In this document: in pieces, positions 5,289 to 5,925 of the stretch
Layout: each line of letters begins with the position of its first letter
How positions within the stretch are numbered: position 1 is the stretch's first letter
DNA from: a virus
Length of the DNA: 5,925 bases
Strand: one strand, 5' to 3'
Virus record (IMG/VR): IMGVR_UViG_3300045988_045637
Coordinates: 1-5,925 of that record
Made by a program: the position numbers and the translations under genes
The notes under the pieces: generated by a model
Told to the model about the DNA's origin: nothing
What the model saw: only the letters and a program-made list of their open reading frames with translations
Database searches by the model: none

Positions 5289-5305
5289 TTTTCAACTTTT
5301 CCACA
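5289..5305 (+). promoter_or_regulatory. Degenerate iteron TTTTCAACT overlapping by one base a DnaA-box-consensus 9-mer TTTTCCACA
   Basis: TTTTCCACA at 5297-5305 fits the relaxed DnaA box consensus TTWTNCACA at all 9 positions. TTTTCAACT is at 5289-5297. Both are in the same orientation as the iteron array. Confidence 0.5.
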
Positions 5306-5341
5306 TACCCTACTACTACGACTACAACAAGTTATATTATA

Positions 5342-5391
5342 ATACGTGCGCACGCGTGCGCGTGTAGTTTTCGCGTGCACGTGTGTGCGCG
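5342..5391. repeat. Two alternating purine-pyrimidine CG/TG tracts (25 nt and 20 nt) with nested palindromes
   Basis: Perfect R-Y alternation over 5342-5366 and 5372-5391, separated by GTTTT. Palindromes: CGTGCGCACG (5345-5354), GCGCACGCGTGCGC (5348-5361), CGTGCACG (5374-5381) and CACGTG (5378-5383). Confidence 0.85.
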
Positions 5392-5404
5392 ATTAGAATA
5401 ATAA

Positions 5405-5436
5405 AGCCCAGTACCTTACTTGATAGGTACTGGGCT
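5405..5436 (-). terminator. Rho-independent terminator downstream of Rep, marking the end of the single transcription unit
   Basis: Perfect 12-bp stem AGCCCAGTACCT / AGGTACTGGGCT with an 8-nt loop, 12 nt after the Rep TAA. On the minus strand it is followed by TTTATTATTCT. Confidence 0.75.
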
Positions 5437-5448
5437 AGGTGACACCAA

Positions 5449-5925
5449 TTATAAAATACCACGCTTTTTCGTTTGTTTTTTGGTGACGCGTTCTTTTGTC
5501 TCTAGGACTGTTTTATAGTCCTGTTCTTCTAGCTGTAGACGCTTCTGCTCTATGGCGTTTTTCTGTCTGTTTTGTTTAATTCTCCACAGTCTTTGTGGGT
5601 TTTCTGCTTCCATCTGCTTTTCGTAGTATCTTGGAATTTGCGCCCGTTTTCCGTTGGTGCATTGAATGTAGCCTTGCCGCCAGATTTCTGCTTTGTGTTC
5701 TTGGTAGTAGTGGTCTCCAAGACCTGGTTTTAGGCTCATGCAAGCAAACGGTTTCGTTTGTCCCAATTCGTAGTACGCATTGGCTTTCTTTCCGTCTATC
5801 TCGTACATTTTTTTTGTTACATAACCCGCAACATATCTATATGTTTCTGGAACCGCTTGTGCTATCTGTACTTGACCCATTCCCCATAGGTCTGCTAACC
5901 ATTTACTGGTATAGTATCCGTTGTG
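5449..5925 (-). CDS. VP4: Replication initiation protein VP4, 3' portion. The 143-aa track ORF 5449-5880 is only the part downstream of internal Met197. 5807-5925 duplicates 1-119.
   Basis: Open frame continues upstream of 5880 to the window end and is in frame with 1-662. It contains the catalytic motif YRYVAGYVTKK (5812-5835) and a basic C-terminal tail. TAA stop at 5449-5451. Confidence 0.92.
   Translation of the reverse strand, partial: HNGYYTSKWLADLWGMGQVQIAQAVPETYRYVAGYVTKKMYEIDGKKANAYYELGQTKPFACMSLKPGLGDHYYQEHKAEIWRQGYIQCTNGKRAQIPRYYEKQMEAENPQRLWRIKQNRQKNAIEQKRLQLEEQDYKTVLETKERVTKKQTKKRGIL
5807..5925. repeat. Terminal redundancy of a circular genome (copy 2). Identical to 1-119.
   Basis: Same hand alignment as for 1-119. 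The reading frame of Rep is preserved across the junction: the ATG at 5880 corresponds to position 74, and 662-74=588 is divisible by 3. Confidence 0.95.

Noticed and set aside
5311-5330. Trinucleotide-like repeat TACTACTACGACTACAACAA
   Set aside because: It is short and imperfect and I can assign no function. On the coding strand it gives several in-frame TAG stops, which is consistent with the region being non-coding. It is noted only as part of the description of the non-coding region.
5331-5343. TATAAT hexamers on both strands within GTTATATTATAATA, as possible extra promoters
   Set aside because: No acceptable -35 element lies at 16-18 nt on either strand (ACTACG on plus, CACGCG on minus) and there is no extended -10 TG. 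The segment is more plausibly just an AT-rich, easily melted stretch within the origin-like region.
5327-5354. A dif-like XerC/XerD site (some gokushovirus and alpavirus prophages integrate at dif). The minus strand CGTGCGCACGTATTATAATATAACTTGT resembles E. coli dif GGTGCGCATAATGTATATTATGTTAAAT.
   Set aside because: By hand alignment only 15 of 28 positions match. The XerC-arm GTGCGCA matches, but the normally better-conserved XerD arm matches at only 4 of 11 positions. Alignment to the B. subtilis dif sequence as I recall it was also poor. It would be worth re-testing against the dif site of the true host if that is identified.
5449-5880. The 143-aa ORF as an independent gene, or as an A*-like internally initiated Rep product
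   Set aside because: The frame is open upstream to the window end and is continuous with 1-662 across the circular junction, so this is simply the C-terminal part of Rep. The internal ATG has only GGGGA immediately adjacent, with about 1 nt of spacing, so independent initiation is not supported by sequence alone.

Overview
This window holds one complete, circularly permuted genome of a gokushovirus-like member of the Microviridae (small ssDNA phage), shown as the complement of the coding strand. Bases 1-119 are repeated exactly at 5807-5925. The unit genome is therefore a 5,806-nt circle, and the window edge cuts through the replication-initiator gene, which is why the ORF track shows no full Rep ORF. 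All credible genes lie on the minus strand, are tightly packed or overlapping, and mostly follow AAGGAGG-type Shine-Dalgarno sites, which suggests a Firmicutes-like host. In transcription order they are: two tandem near-consensus sigma-70-type promoters, a 59-aa ORF, an M15-family zinc peptidase, small ORFs of 34, 81 and 25 aa, a VP5-like protein, a VP3-like scaffold, major capsid VP1 (569 aa), pilot protein VP2 (290 aa), the HUH Rep VP4 (339 aa once the circle is closed) and a strong hairpin terminator. The most unusual part is the single non-coding region of about 420 nt (5028-5448). It contains a GC-rich three-way-junction fold, an array of at least 8 same-orientation TTCAACA iterons one mismatch from a DnaA box, one exact relaxed-consensus DnaA box, a stretch of about 80% A+T, and two long alternating purine-pyrimidine (Z-DNA/cruciform-prone) CG/TG tracts. 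That combination resembles an iteron-type origin or control region and is not explained by standard microvirus biology. Functional calls come from motifs I recognised by eye. No database search was possible.
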